64,000 nucleotides of DNA from positions 2,482,001 to 2,546,000 of the forward strand of contig CM119378.1 in NCBI GenBank assembly GCA_051294905.1. Direction: 5' to 3'. The translations under genes and the position numbers were made by a program. Below are positions 48,780 through 60,684 of this stretch, in pieces (position 1 is the first letter of the stretch; the number at the start of each line of letters is the position of its first letter). The notes below the pieces were generated by a model. That model was not told the origin of the DNA. It was given only the letters and a program-made list of their open reading frames with translations, and did not search any database. The DNA comes from Botryllus schlosseri. Lineage: Eukaryota.

Positions 48780-50311
48780 ATTAATGCTGGTGGGCGGACG
48801 ACTGTACACATCATGTTCTTTCCGAATAATTTCAATCAAGTGAGCCCAGGTAACTCAACCATGTCTATGGCTAAGGAAAAGTGAGTGGTTTTCATCCTTA
48901 TTACTCGAGGCACACTGACAGTTAATTTACCGATATATTGTGTTATGGCTATTGAAAAAAAGTGAAAAATTCATCAAGATGAAATAATTTATTCATGAAA
49001 TTGTTTAATGCGATATGTGCTCGCATTTCAATTTAACACAATGCTTTGATTACTGCTTGAACGATGGCAGGCAGACTCGTAATTAATCTTCCATGGATAA
49101 CAGCTGGCTTTTTATAATGTTTTACGTTTATGGGTGCCACCGCTTTGATTGCCTATCCCCTGGTCGTAACGCATCAGGATCGTGTACCAAACACTTTCGG
49201 ACGAGGGCAAATCGATTTGACTCGCTTTCGGGACGAGAATCCATATACAAATCGGGTCGGAGGCGCTGCAGCACTTTACAGAATTGCTGAGCATGAAACG
49301 ATTAAAACACCACAAGGTGTCATGCGAATGCTCTTTGTAGGTAGTTGGTCTGCTGTGTATTTTTGGTATAGTCTTACTCGGCGCTTGCGTAATCTCTACC
49401 ACGAAATCATAACGCATGCTACTAAGGATAACCTGATGATTGATTCGTGGCATGGGAACGATTCTTAGTTCGCGTACATTTTGTAAAATAATCATTTGAA
49501 TAAAAAACAATGAATAAAACATTTGTTACCGCACTTCAAGTCACGCCACCGGCAAACCTCTCGCGGCACCTACGTTAAAAATCATTGTTTACGGGAAATT
49601 CATGTGGCCATCATGAACGTTGAAAAACGCTACTGTCACTTCATATTGATAACAAGTCGCTTGCGGCCCTTGCCCCACCACCCGATATTGTCACGAGCCG
49701 CCACTGTTGTATACCAGTACTATGCTTGGATGCTTACTGCTGATTTTCCATGACTTTTATCTTTTGTTCTTTTGTTTATTTTTATGTCCATTGATTAACT
49801 GTCATAATCATTAGTATTGATAGACTTACATCTTGCCATATTTACTCATTTATAACTCCGCTGGGTGGCGACTGAATCTAAGACCTACCGGCCCCCCCGT
49901 CGTCTCCCAATCCATACCAATTTACATGTTGCGTTTGTTGGTGAGATGAATAAAAGAATACTGACTGACTGACTGACGCCATATCGATTACGTGATTCTG
50001 AACTTGGCTTTGCACATGAAACGCAGCAATATCTTCAGGTTCCATTTTTCATCATTCTATATCTGCTGCAAACGAAATAATAAACACGATAATTCTATTT
50101 TGTTATATGTCGAATGACACGGCCCAGCATTACTTATTTGTATTAATACAATGCATATAACATGTATGTGGTTTCCTCTGGCGGCCATGGTTAACGATGA
50201 GTTAGATTTATTGTGCATTATCTTGATCAGATTTTGTATACATATTTATATTATATAGCCTATTTATCCACGTGTTATTGAATTCGAGGATGCATAAAGT
50301 TGGATCTCAAT

Positions 50312-50360
50312 ATGCAAAGAGCCGCATTATTTTTTGCAATGATGATTGGATGTATCTCAG
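50312..50360 (+). CDS. Paralog B exon 1 (signal peptide)
   Basis: ATG 50312 is in phase with the cag/gtatgt donor; upstream ATG 50290 is out of phase. Confidence 0.6.
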
Positions 50361-53300
50361 GTATGTGAACGATATATTGTGGCATCCTGGTCATGAAGTC
50401 ACTATAATTCGCTTCATCATACATATAGTTATCTCTATTCTTTGCCGTCGGTTGTGATGTGGTTATTCGGTCACAGTTATGGTCGGACGGATATCAGAAT
50501 TGTGTGCCAATACCGACATCAAAATGTAATATTTTTCAACAGGAACTTCCAATTTGCGGTAGTAATATGATAATGAAAACAGACAGCAGGCCTATGACAT
50601 AAAACTTCATATATTTATTTCTTATCATACACGAGCTAAGTAAATAATTTGTTACTGGTCCTGCCTGCGTATTGGTATAGTTCTAGAAACACAACTATCA
50701 TTATCATTTTCACCAATACCATCGTCATGGGCACTGGCGTAGCCAGGAGGGGGAAATTCGATAAATTAATATAATATGTAGTATTTTTGAGCAGATGTAA
50801 TCAACTTGAAATTTTTCTTCGCGCTTCACGCGATATATAATTTCAGTACATTTTTCGTTGTTGGGTAAGCTACCCGCCTCTCCATAAATTAAAATTAAAA
50901 ATTGGCCTGAATAAAAATAAGCATAATATACAGAATTGAATCTAACTGCAATCGTGTGTGCTGCCTGCAGTTGTGAGAATATTAGGCAATAGGCACCAGC
51001 TTTTCGGCGCCAAAAAAACACACCAAGGCAGATAGGTTTGACTAACAACCCCAGAAACATCGCGGGTGTTAGTTGGCCGAAGATCCCGCGCAGTCGCCCT
51101 GTCCTTGCAATCGGAGTCCAGGTGTACAAATGCAACGAGCAGAGACAATAAATGTTGCGTCCAGCGCATAAATGAAAATTAGGAATCGTGCGCATCTGAC
51201 CAAAGACCAAATTTCTCTTTTAATTGGTTGTGGTACGTGTGTCCGATCTTTTGAGTGTCGACAACTTTATCCCGAGGTCACGAAAATAACAGCATGCTTC
51301 AACTAAGTAAGTAATTACAAGTGGCCCGCGCGATTTAATGTAGCGCTATGTCTTGATTTTAATATGAGTATTCAGTCACCCTGAAAAAAAAAATTAACAT
51401 ATACAAATAGGCATTTCGGCGCCGTTGACATATATATGTTCCATAGTCAGTTGTTCATATGCGTGCCTGAATAGTCGGCACCGAATAGTACTGTCTTGAC
51501 AATTTGAGAAGATGCCGCACCCCGTGATGAAATGACAACTTGGAATGGTGTGTGTCACGAGAGAGGTCCTTCTTTTTGCTTAGTCTAGTACACTTGTGCG
51601 ATTTCAATATCTTTTAAGCATATAGCAGCCGAGAGATCACGAAATAACGAAACGCAACAGATAAAGTGATGACAATAGACGTATAACTGATTATTGTATA
51701 TCATTAATATCATTAACTTGCCCTAAACTTTCTAATACACCACCTCCCTTATAGCTGTACCATTAAATCTGATCACGTGCGCAATCGTCTGATATGCAAC
51801 TACTAATATTATTGACAAAATTTAGTCATGAATTATGGAATTTCTTCGCGCTTCGCATCATAAGACATACACGGTGTCGGTGGGCCTACAGGACAATGAA
51901 GTAGGGCTTTCGAGTAGCCATGGCATGGGAATTGTAGTGGATGTATTCCCCAGAAGTTCGGTTGATCGCAGTATGGGGTGTCCATTGTCCAAGACAATTG
52001 TGAATAACATTATTATTGACCAAATTCATCCATTATCTTAGGAAAATTTTGCGCTGAAGTATAGGCACGCTGATCTTCCGTAACATATGTTTGCGGGTTA
52101 AGGATCGCCCTTTAGAAGTTGTGTTAATCACCCAATAACGGCACAAGACCACCGTTGTTACGATATTTTTTAATATCTTTGAAAGAGAGGGACTTTTACC
52201 TGATCAAATCGGCCCACCCCAATTTTTTTTTGGCTAAGCCCTTAGTCATGGGCCGTCATATATCAACCCCACAGTACTGAAGACGCTCTGACTTGGAACA
52301 GTTGCAGGAGTGATGACGTCATCGATCAGGCCGATAAATATGGGTCGGAGTTGGCCGATACTGAAATTTAACATTCAATATATAATTGCATTCAAGTTTT
52401 GAACCGTCTTAGAGTTTCCAAGATTAATTTATGGTATTTTTTATAATCCTCGATGTGTTTTTCAGTTTCGTGTTTTAAAGAATTAAAGGAGGCTATTGAT
52501 GTGTGTACGAACGCGACTGGGATTATAAAACAAAATGGAAAAGTGAATAAGCTATGGCTGTTTCAATCGCGCAGCTGCTCTACCAATGGATCATTAGTTT
52601 TCAGTTTGGATGAAGGGGAATCTAATATTCAGCTCAAATGCAGAATTGTCCACCGTTGCACCAAAATCAGCCCATATAGGCTAGTAGTAACAGGTAATAG
52701 TCTAAACAGCGATACACTGTCTTCGCAAAACAATTAGTGAATAAATATACCGAAACAAATCCTGCATGGATTCGACAATACAAAGTTGTAACTTCACAAT
52801 GAGGAATATGTATTAGGATCTCCATCGGGATCGAATTACCCATCAGGTATTCGATTTTTCCAGACCTATAGGCTACTCATCAGTACTCATGCTCATAGAC
52901 CGCGACAACTATAGCAGCAATTGACGCATTGTCCAGTCCCTGGAATAACTCAAATATTTGGAAACTGCTCACATTCATAAGTCAAGATCAGAATAAAGGT
53001 ATGATCTCATTTATGCAGGTATCCCTACCTATCCGATAATGTGGAAACAAAATGAAGATATATTGGTAGCCATGAGGAACTTCCCCGTCATTGTGCAATA
53101 TAATGGACCATATATATGGTCTAAGATCGCATTGAGATACAACTTCTCAAACTTCGGTAAGTGCGATAAATATAAATCTATTCGTTAAAACTGAAGTAGG
53201 TTCAACCTTATTACCCATGCCAATCGTCGACGAATCCATCTTCGAGGCTTTAAAAAATATTCAATTTAATTTATTTAATTCAGCGACCATAGAAGACGCT

Positions 53301-53841
53301 TTCCTAACCACAGACTCTACGGCGACCTCAATAATAGCAGATAATAAGCCGACATCATCAGTGAATTATGAACTTAAGGCGACGTATCCAATAACCCCAA
53401 GCAGTAAGTGATACAGACAGACATGAGCAATTGAACAGATATTTCCGATTGAACAAAAGAACCATGTTTCAGATAAATTATCCGGGCCTCGCGAAAGTAG
53501 GCGTACAGGCGACATCTATCAAATTTTATCCATTATATTGGGAAGTCTGCTGCTGATCACAGTCATCATGTTACTATTTTCTCTGGCGAGGTACGAAATA
53601 CATATTATTGAGTGCATCGAATGAATGCATGAATATTGAGATGCTGCATGACGCCTGCTTGGTTAGCATAGATCACGTTACGAATTTATTTTGAAATCGA
53701 AACAGAACGCGAAGGCTGATGAAATTGCTGAAGAACCCGATAGCCGGAGAAGGAGACTCACAAGTTTATGCGACGGTGACTAATACCATCGCAACAGACG
53801 ACTTCCAAGAAACCCGATTCAATGACCTCTATCGCATATAA
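50312..53841 (+). CDS. Uncharacterised single-pass type-I membrane protein, paralog B (6 exons, 262 aa if started at 50312)
   Basis: Exons 50312-50360, 52466-52693, 53019-53156, 53284-53403, 53473-53590 and 53706-53841 are GT-AG bounded with the same phases as paralog A, 789 nt open. Signal MQRAALFFAMMIGCISVSC, TM IYQILSIILGSLLLITVIMLLFSLA, tail ...QVYATV...NDLYRI*. Confidence 0.85.
50732..52244. mobile_element. 1513-bp non-autonomous element in intron 1 of paralog B
   Basis: Perfect TSD GTCATGGG; GGCGTAGCCA-type termini. Confidence 0.8.
52466..52693 (+). CDS. Paralog B exon 2
   Basis: ttttcag acceptor, gtaata donor, 228 nt. Confidence 0.85.
53019..53156 (+). CDS. Paralog B exon 3
   Basis: atgcag acceptor, gtaagt donor, 138 nt. 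Confidence 0.85.
53284..53403 (+). CDS. Paralog B exon 4 (S/T-rich stalk)
   Basis: attcag acceptor, gtaagt donor, 120 nt. Confidence 0.8.
53473..53590 (+). CDS. Paralog B exon 5 (transmembrane helix)
   Basis: tttcag acceptor, gtacga donor, 118 nt. Confidence 0.85.
53706..53841 (+). CDS. Paralog B exon 6 (cytoplasmic tail, stop)
   Basis: aacag acceptor, YATV, NDLY, TAA. Confidence 0.85.
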
Positions 53842-54041
53842 TACGGCAAATCTCATAGTGTTCGGTGGAAGCCAATTAGATTGTAGCAAGGAATTGACAT
53901 TAACGGGAATCTTGAAAGCATCGTTTGGGCGTAGCCAGGGCGGAAATTCGAGGGCAGATTTTTCAGCAATGGCGCTATGTCAACGATTCACTGAGACTAC
54001 GGGAATATGACGTCACAATATCCGAAAGCGAAGGATATCCT

Positions 54042-54603
54042 TCGGGCTGTATTTAAAACAAACGGCGTTTTAAAATACTTTGTTTAAAACATGTTTTAAA
54101 CAGTGTTTTAAACAAATGCCTTTTAAAAATAAATTTGTGTTTTTTAAACGTATAATTATGCCGTAATTCTGTAAATACTTTCGAAAAACATGTAGTATGA
54201 CGCTACAGACGATTTACACCCAATATAGTCGACGTATACGATGTGCAGTGGCTCAAACCCTCGAAATCGTCGCCGGTTCAACAGTTATAGCAAGTATATA
54301 TAGATCATTGCTACGGAATGGGTGTTCTGCTGATGATCACCGCCGACCGTAAAAATGCTGCATAACAATGTAGTCCAGGTTAAAGATAATTTTGGTCTGT
54401 TTATGACAGTAGACGGTAGCACCTTTCGTCGAAGGAGCCATATTTACCCTATAATTTCAATGGTCGATGGTAATCCACTGTGACGTCACAAGTAAAAGTG
54501 GCGACGTTAAGGTTAAAAAAAAAACTAAAAAAGCAATAAAAAACATGTTTTAAACTAGGGCCATGTTTGTTTTAAATTGATTTTTGTTTTAAATGCAACC
54601 CTA
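54042..54603. mobile_element. 562-bp TIR element with a 6-bp TSD, downstream of the paralog B stop
   Basis: Imperfect TIR TAGGGTTGCATTTAAAAC; TSD TATCCT; empty site in paralog A near 39015. Confidence 0.8.
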
Positions 54604-54923
54604 TATCCTACCAAGATATAGTCGCCTTCGACCAGAGACGAAGTGGACTTAATAATGCATCCTTTCTTTCGCAATCACAAACTTTAGAACAGGAGAGACA
54701 ACAGTAAATGCATGAGTCTATTATAGAGTCGCATCAATGGAAACCGATCTATAACTACGGTAAATGTGTGTGTGATTAAAATTGTGGCACAATATGTCAT
54801 ACATTTTCCGTTGTAATATATCTGCTCACCTCAATACTGGCTGGGTCAAAAATTCTTTCGTAAATCACATCGTTTCGCTTGCAACCTTCGTATGTGTGCA
54901 GGGCAGTGCAAATATACATAAAT

Positions 54924-55265
54924 TAGGGTTACCATTGTTTGAAAATCTGAAAAGAGGACACTTTTTTAAAATTTTCAGACTTGCGATACCGGAGGAAAAT
55001 CCTGAAAAAATGGTAAATTTTACCCCCTTCGTGTTCGGTTGACTAAAAACAAGGTCAGGTTACCGGCTCGCAGCTCCCGAAATAGCTGCCGGAACGTTAC
55101 GTTAGTGCTGATTTACTGTATCTCAGTCGGATTTTGCCCTATATTTTCCCAAAATTCTCCAAAAAAGAGAACAAAATTTCAGAAAAGAGGACGTTTGGGT
55201 GTCCTCCGACGACACTTTCAAAACAGAGGACAAATCCGCTTAAAAGAGGACGTATGGTAACCCTA
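54924..55265. mobile_element. 342-bp TAGGGTTACCA-family MITE
   Basis: TIR TAGGGTTACCAT; perfect TSD ACATAAAT. Confidence 0.9.
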
Positions 55266-56355
55266 ACATAAATATTATTTAAATTACAAGTTACAGTTTG
55301 GTAACCTTTACAAAATAAGCAACTGAGACATTTATTAGCCGAAAAGTGCGCAATGCTAAACACGACTACGCGCGCAACCAAAGGTACTATAACGGAATAT
55401 ATTCACACACGATTTGGTAAGTCGGAGAAAATGATTGCAGAAAAATCGTCACGCATTATCTCAAGATATTAACATTCTCAAGAAACACCCGACAAGACGT
55501 CGTACTTCATACGAACACTTGATAGGAAATGACACGATATGATTATATTTGTGAGAGTTATGAAATTCTAATTACATTCGAATTTATATCTGGTTCAATA
55601 AAGACTATTATATCCGTTGGAGCGGTTGCAACAAATCCTCATATGTATGCACAAGACATGCTGTAGCGTGTTATGTCATAGTAATATACGTGTGTCAGGT
55701 TTGTCAGAAAAAGATTACACATCAATTACATCACATAAACATTCGCTCTGCGTTAGGTACCGAGAAATGACAAATCAGGAGCGGCACAATAGATTATGGA
55801 GAAGATTGCTAATCGAGTAATAACACTGGTAACACACATAGTCTTAGGCAGACAAGGTAAGAGTGGTTTTGGGGGTTCTGAAGGGCACTGATTCTGAATA
55901 TGACCTTGGTTTTTTCAAATTGGCTCTTGTTGTGGATATAACCCATGGTGCTATTTTGACCAAAATCTCCCCTTTTTGCGGTTAATGACTATATAAAATC
56001 GGCTCAGTCGTACTATAAAGTTTAGAAATTCAATCTACTAGTTTTTTTTACACGCAGAAGACTCTTTTAAACCAAAATACAGCAACAGCACTATATTCAG
56101 GGGTAATCGATACATATATACACTTATAGGCGCCAAGTTACGGGGTGGCAGCCACCCCATAAAATAAGATTAAACGCCCACCGTCTGCGATTTCAAATCA
56201 TCAGCGCTGTCAATGAGCGAGTCCGTGATAGCGCGTAAATGCCAACTATATTTACCATTAACCGATACGCGCGCGAATAATTGAATACGCATAGCTTCGT
56301 CGGCGACGACGAACTAGTGCTTAAAACGCCCCAATAAATTGTAATCCGTGATTAG

Positions 56356-57158
56356 TAGGGCGGTTTTTTTTTACCTAAAAAAAGAAAATTTTGACCTAAA
56401 AAAACTGAATTTTGACCAAATTTTGACCTAACGTATGCAAATTAGGTGTTTTCCCAAATAATGTCAAAATTGTACCAGTTATCTACATTTCCGGTTGTAA
56501 CTGGCTGTCCCAACGAAGTAGTTTGACCTAAAAAAACGTTTTTGGCATAGAAACAGGCAACTTTGTACAAACAAAAAACAATATTTTAACGAAATCTGGC
56601 CCTATGAAGAGTGGTTGCAATACGTATTATGGTGGAAATAATTTAAAAAAAATTGTAGTACAACGAGAGATACTTTCCTATATTCTTGGGTAAAAAGTGC
56701 ATGTCCTTACTTGCCAAGGACGTTCAACAGCAGCAGTTGTAGGCTGACAACACTCAAGTTGTGCATACACTACTGGTGACACACCATGTTGCTTCATTCT
56801 GACAATGTTGTCTATTACAATTTTTCATCATGCGATTCTCAATATAAGAATGATGCCCCAGTTAGGATATTGCGGTACGTTGACCATAATACCATGTCCA
56901 CCTATTTGTTTTATTTGACCGTTGATGATTCAGTATGAGCAGACAATTAGCCGTTTACAACAGTAGGCCTATAAAGTAGGCTACAAGCTTTAAAATATCA
57001 AATGATACGTTCACCGACAGTGCAAAATCTACGATACAAACGAAATAAAGACGTCAAAAATTTTTTGACTTAATGAACAATTTTGACAAATTTTGACCTA
57101 ACGCTACAATTTTGACAAAATTTTGACAATTTTGACATGTCAAAAAAAAAACGCCCTA
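56356..57158. mobile_element. 803-bp non-autonomous hAT-type element
   Basis: TAGGGCG...CGCCCTA termini; perfect TSD GTGATTAG. Confidence 0.9.
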
Positions 57159-57930
57159 GTGATTAGAAATCAGACAATCGAAGCAACCTCGTTTACGACG
57201 TCGATTTCGACACGCTTGCGCTGAGAAACACCATCTTCTCTTTCGACCAGACGAACGAATTCACGTTCTTCACGTGTATTTGCGCCCATATTCGTTTACA
57301 AAATAATTCTTGAGTTAGTTCCGTGATAGTCTCTTTAATTGAAGGCTTGGAGCGCCAAATAGGACAGTGTGTTTGTGTAGCCTATGCCTGCGAATTGAAA
57401 GTCATTCCTGCGTATATTCATTACTCTAACACAGGGGTTCTCAACCCGCGACGTCTTTCATTATTAACACAATTACTACTGGCAATGCATTGTTACATAT
57501 TTAATCACCGACTTTGACTCTCTCATTGCACCGTCTCTGTTTCATTTGATCACCCATTCCTTGTTGTTTTCTGGTTTCTTGGTATATGCTCGAGCTTATT
57601 GTTAATTTTTGAATCGTTATTCGGCTGGACTCTTGTTCAAGAGAATCCCGCTGTGAAGTGCTCTTTTAAAGATTGTTTCACTCACCACGAATGGTTTGAG
57701 CAGAAACAGGAACAAGAAACGGGAAAGTAAACAACGAAAACTGGGTTTGTAACTCTGCGTGAAAAACGAATTGACTTTCTCGGATATAAATGGAAAACCG
57801 ATTTGTCATATTTGTCGAAGAACAGTTGTCGCAATGAAGCGTAGAAGCTTAAAATTTTAAATGATACCATGACAGTTTCTTCTGTAGTTATACATATCGC
57901 CTAATTTTAGCAAACATTACTAGCTAGGTG

Positions 57931-60684
57931 CAGTGGCGTAGCAGCCACCTGGCGGTTCTGGCTCTGCGCCAGGGGCGGCAGGCTCCAAGGGGGCGGCAAA
58001 ATGAGGCTGCACAGTGCACACCAATTCTTTAATTATGTATTATAGTGGTCCCCACCGTAAATACTATTTTATTCAAATCCAAATTTTTCGACGGCAATAA
58101 CTCCGCTTCCACTGTTCGGAATTTAACAAAATTTGGTGAACATCGTTTCTATAGACAACCTAACACTTTCATGGGGTGAACAGAAAATTTTCAATTTTTT
58201 TGTTATTCATTTAATGAATAGAAACTTTCTTCTCCTGTAGCAATGCGGCTACTGGTTGGAATTGAACCAAATTTGGTGTGTAGGCTTAAATCAGGGGTCA
58301 GCAACCTTTTGCTAGTCACGGGCCAAATTTCGAGTGTGCAACTATTTGGCGGGCCGACATTTTTCTTAATACTATATTTTACGCTCACTTCGGTATTTTA
58401 TCCTACATTGCTGCAATCTCAATCATACCAATCATAAAACACAGTTATTTACACTTCAACAACGCAGAATAAATGTGACAATTGACGCAGCTTGGTTTGT
58501 GAAAGGTTTCAACTTCTGATAACAAGTCAGGTGAAGCAAGAATCAGACCATATTCTAAATTGGCCTCCGAAATACGTGATCTTAGCTTGCTCTTCGTGAA
58601 TTTCATTGTTCAAAATTATTGCTCACATTAATGCAATGTCTTTTGCATTGTTGGGCAAGCTGGGATAAAGATCAATTTCAAGAACGTATACTCTTTATAA
58701 AAGTAATGCAGCGACATGATCTTTGTATGAAATTTGTCATGCAATCCAACTGCATCGCATTTCAAAAAGGCCCATTGGTCAGGTTTGTTGTCTTGGCGCA
58801 CAATGCCTTCTGGGAATTAAACTATGGATAATTAACCTACGGAGGCTATAGTTATCTGTAATTAAACAGTGTGAGTTTGAGATTTTGTCATTGCGTCTGA
58901 GATTTTCCAAGCGTTTTTGAAACAGAGGAAGGACACCTTTATTGTCACACCCCATCCGTAAACCCTTCAAAAAGTATGGCACACTTTCGGTTGCGAGATA
59001 CACCCGATTGATAAGCACTGATCTAGTCTACTCTATACAGACAATCTTCATCTCCTACTTCCACCGCCTTCGCTTTATGGCGTCACAATAGACTAATACG
59101 ATGTAGGAAACTTATATCGTAGCAATACCGCATTCTTTCCAAGCAGCGGGGCACTGCAGATTGAAAAGCATTGTGAAACGGCGGGCCGTATTCTTGTGAT
59201 AGCCAACATTATGTCGCGGGCCGGACGATTTCGCTTGGCGGGCCGGATCCGGCCCGCGGGCCGTAGGTTGCCGACCGTTGGCTTAAATTAAGCAACCTAA
59301 CAATTTTATCAAGTAGCCAGTGCGATTTGAGAAAAAAGTCATTTTTGAAGAGCCCTAGTGCACAGTGTACACTACACAGCCGGCTAAAAGCAGCGTAATT
59401 GGTAGTCCTATATAGCTGGCGTCCCGGGAGCTAAAATTTAATCAGACTGGTCTCAATCGAAATGGGTGTCGCGCTGATTTGGAATATGTTAACATGACAA
59501 TCGAACCACTCCTAACAATCGGAACACAATGACCAATCGACCATGATAATGGAAATTATATCGAGCGATTATTCGGAAAATTGCCGATTTTCAAACCAGG
59601 ATTTAAATTGTATTTCCGGAATCAGGGCAACGATAGCTTTCGATTACGATCAGTATTGTTAAATTTGACCGCACGGAGGGCCTGGCCAACTATAGGATGA
59701 CCATGACCAATTATGCTGCTTTTACCTGTCTCATCAGTAGTGTCTGGGTAGTGGGTATTCAAGTGTGACAACTAAGTTGCCCACCTATCCGTAGGTTAGT
59801 GATCTCTACTTTGGGTTACGATTGGGGTTTGGCAAAATCGAGTACCTGAGTGATTCGATTCTGAATCACTTATTAATAATAATATGCTTCGAGTCGAGTC
59901 GAGTCGAGTCGAGTATTCCAGTATCCCTCTATATGAGGTCAAAACAGAATGCCATATGTCACAGTTAAAATATGTACCTTTTATCCCACAACAAAGAATA
60001 TAATGCCTGTTATACATCACATTAAAGATACTTTGGCATCTTTTCGACCATACTGATTTCATTGCATTTTGTGACAATGTTGAGGGGTGATCATGACTTC
60101 TGAAATGTGGTTTTTCCACTAAACTTAATAACTTTGCACTACATGTTTTGTATGCTGCGATACAGCCAATCAATGTTTCAAGGCTTCCACAGTGGAAAAT
60201 AGTATCGAAACTATAATTATCGTTGATAAATTAACATCAATGACGAGGAGCGTATAATTTCAGTACTCGAAAAAAATCGTCTTTTACTACTCGACTTGAA
60301 TCATCAGATTGGAGTACTCGAATCATTGGGCCCAGCCCTAGTTACGATTTGGTACAGCAGACCGAGATAGCTGTGAAGGTTAACCGGTCCTAGGAACTGT
60401 ATAAGTTGGTTATAATTGTCAGATTGACAGATTGGGCTTAAATTTATACAAGTTTTCATTAAGACTCGAAAATGAAATACATTCGTTCGCTATTTCTTGT
60501 CTTTATTATTTTTGGCGTTATTAACGTTGAGACGGTGAGGCTGAGACGCGGCATATTATTTGTAATATATTTTTTGAAAAGATTGCTTGAACATGAATCT
60601 ATGTAGAAATTGGCTGCGGTCTACTGAGGGGGGCGGCATTTTAAGCGAGAGCCAGGGGCGGCAGCACATGCTGCTACGCCAGTG
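57931..60684. mobile_element. Composite non-autonomous hAT-type element with nested inserts 58292-59280 and 59823-60340
   Basis: TIR CASTGGCGTAGCAGC; perfect TSD GCTAGGTG; inner TSDs GCTTAAAT and GTTACGAT. Confidence 0.88.

Larger units (their letters stand above)
43704..49706 (+). mobile_element. Full-length but inactivated hAT DNA transposon (Tip100/ZMYM1-like transposase), 6003 bp including nested inserts
   Basis: Perfect 14-bp TIR CAGTGGCGGCTCGT; perfect 8-bp TSD TTGTATAC (43696-43703 and 49707-49714); contains a transposase pseudogene. Confidence 0.95.

Noticed and set aside
49093..49522. Overlapping 112-aa and 136-aa ORFs in the hAT 3' region
   Set aside because: No recognisable motifs or splice signals; likely chance ORFs.
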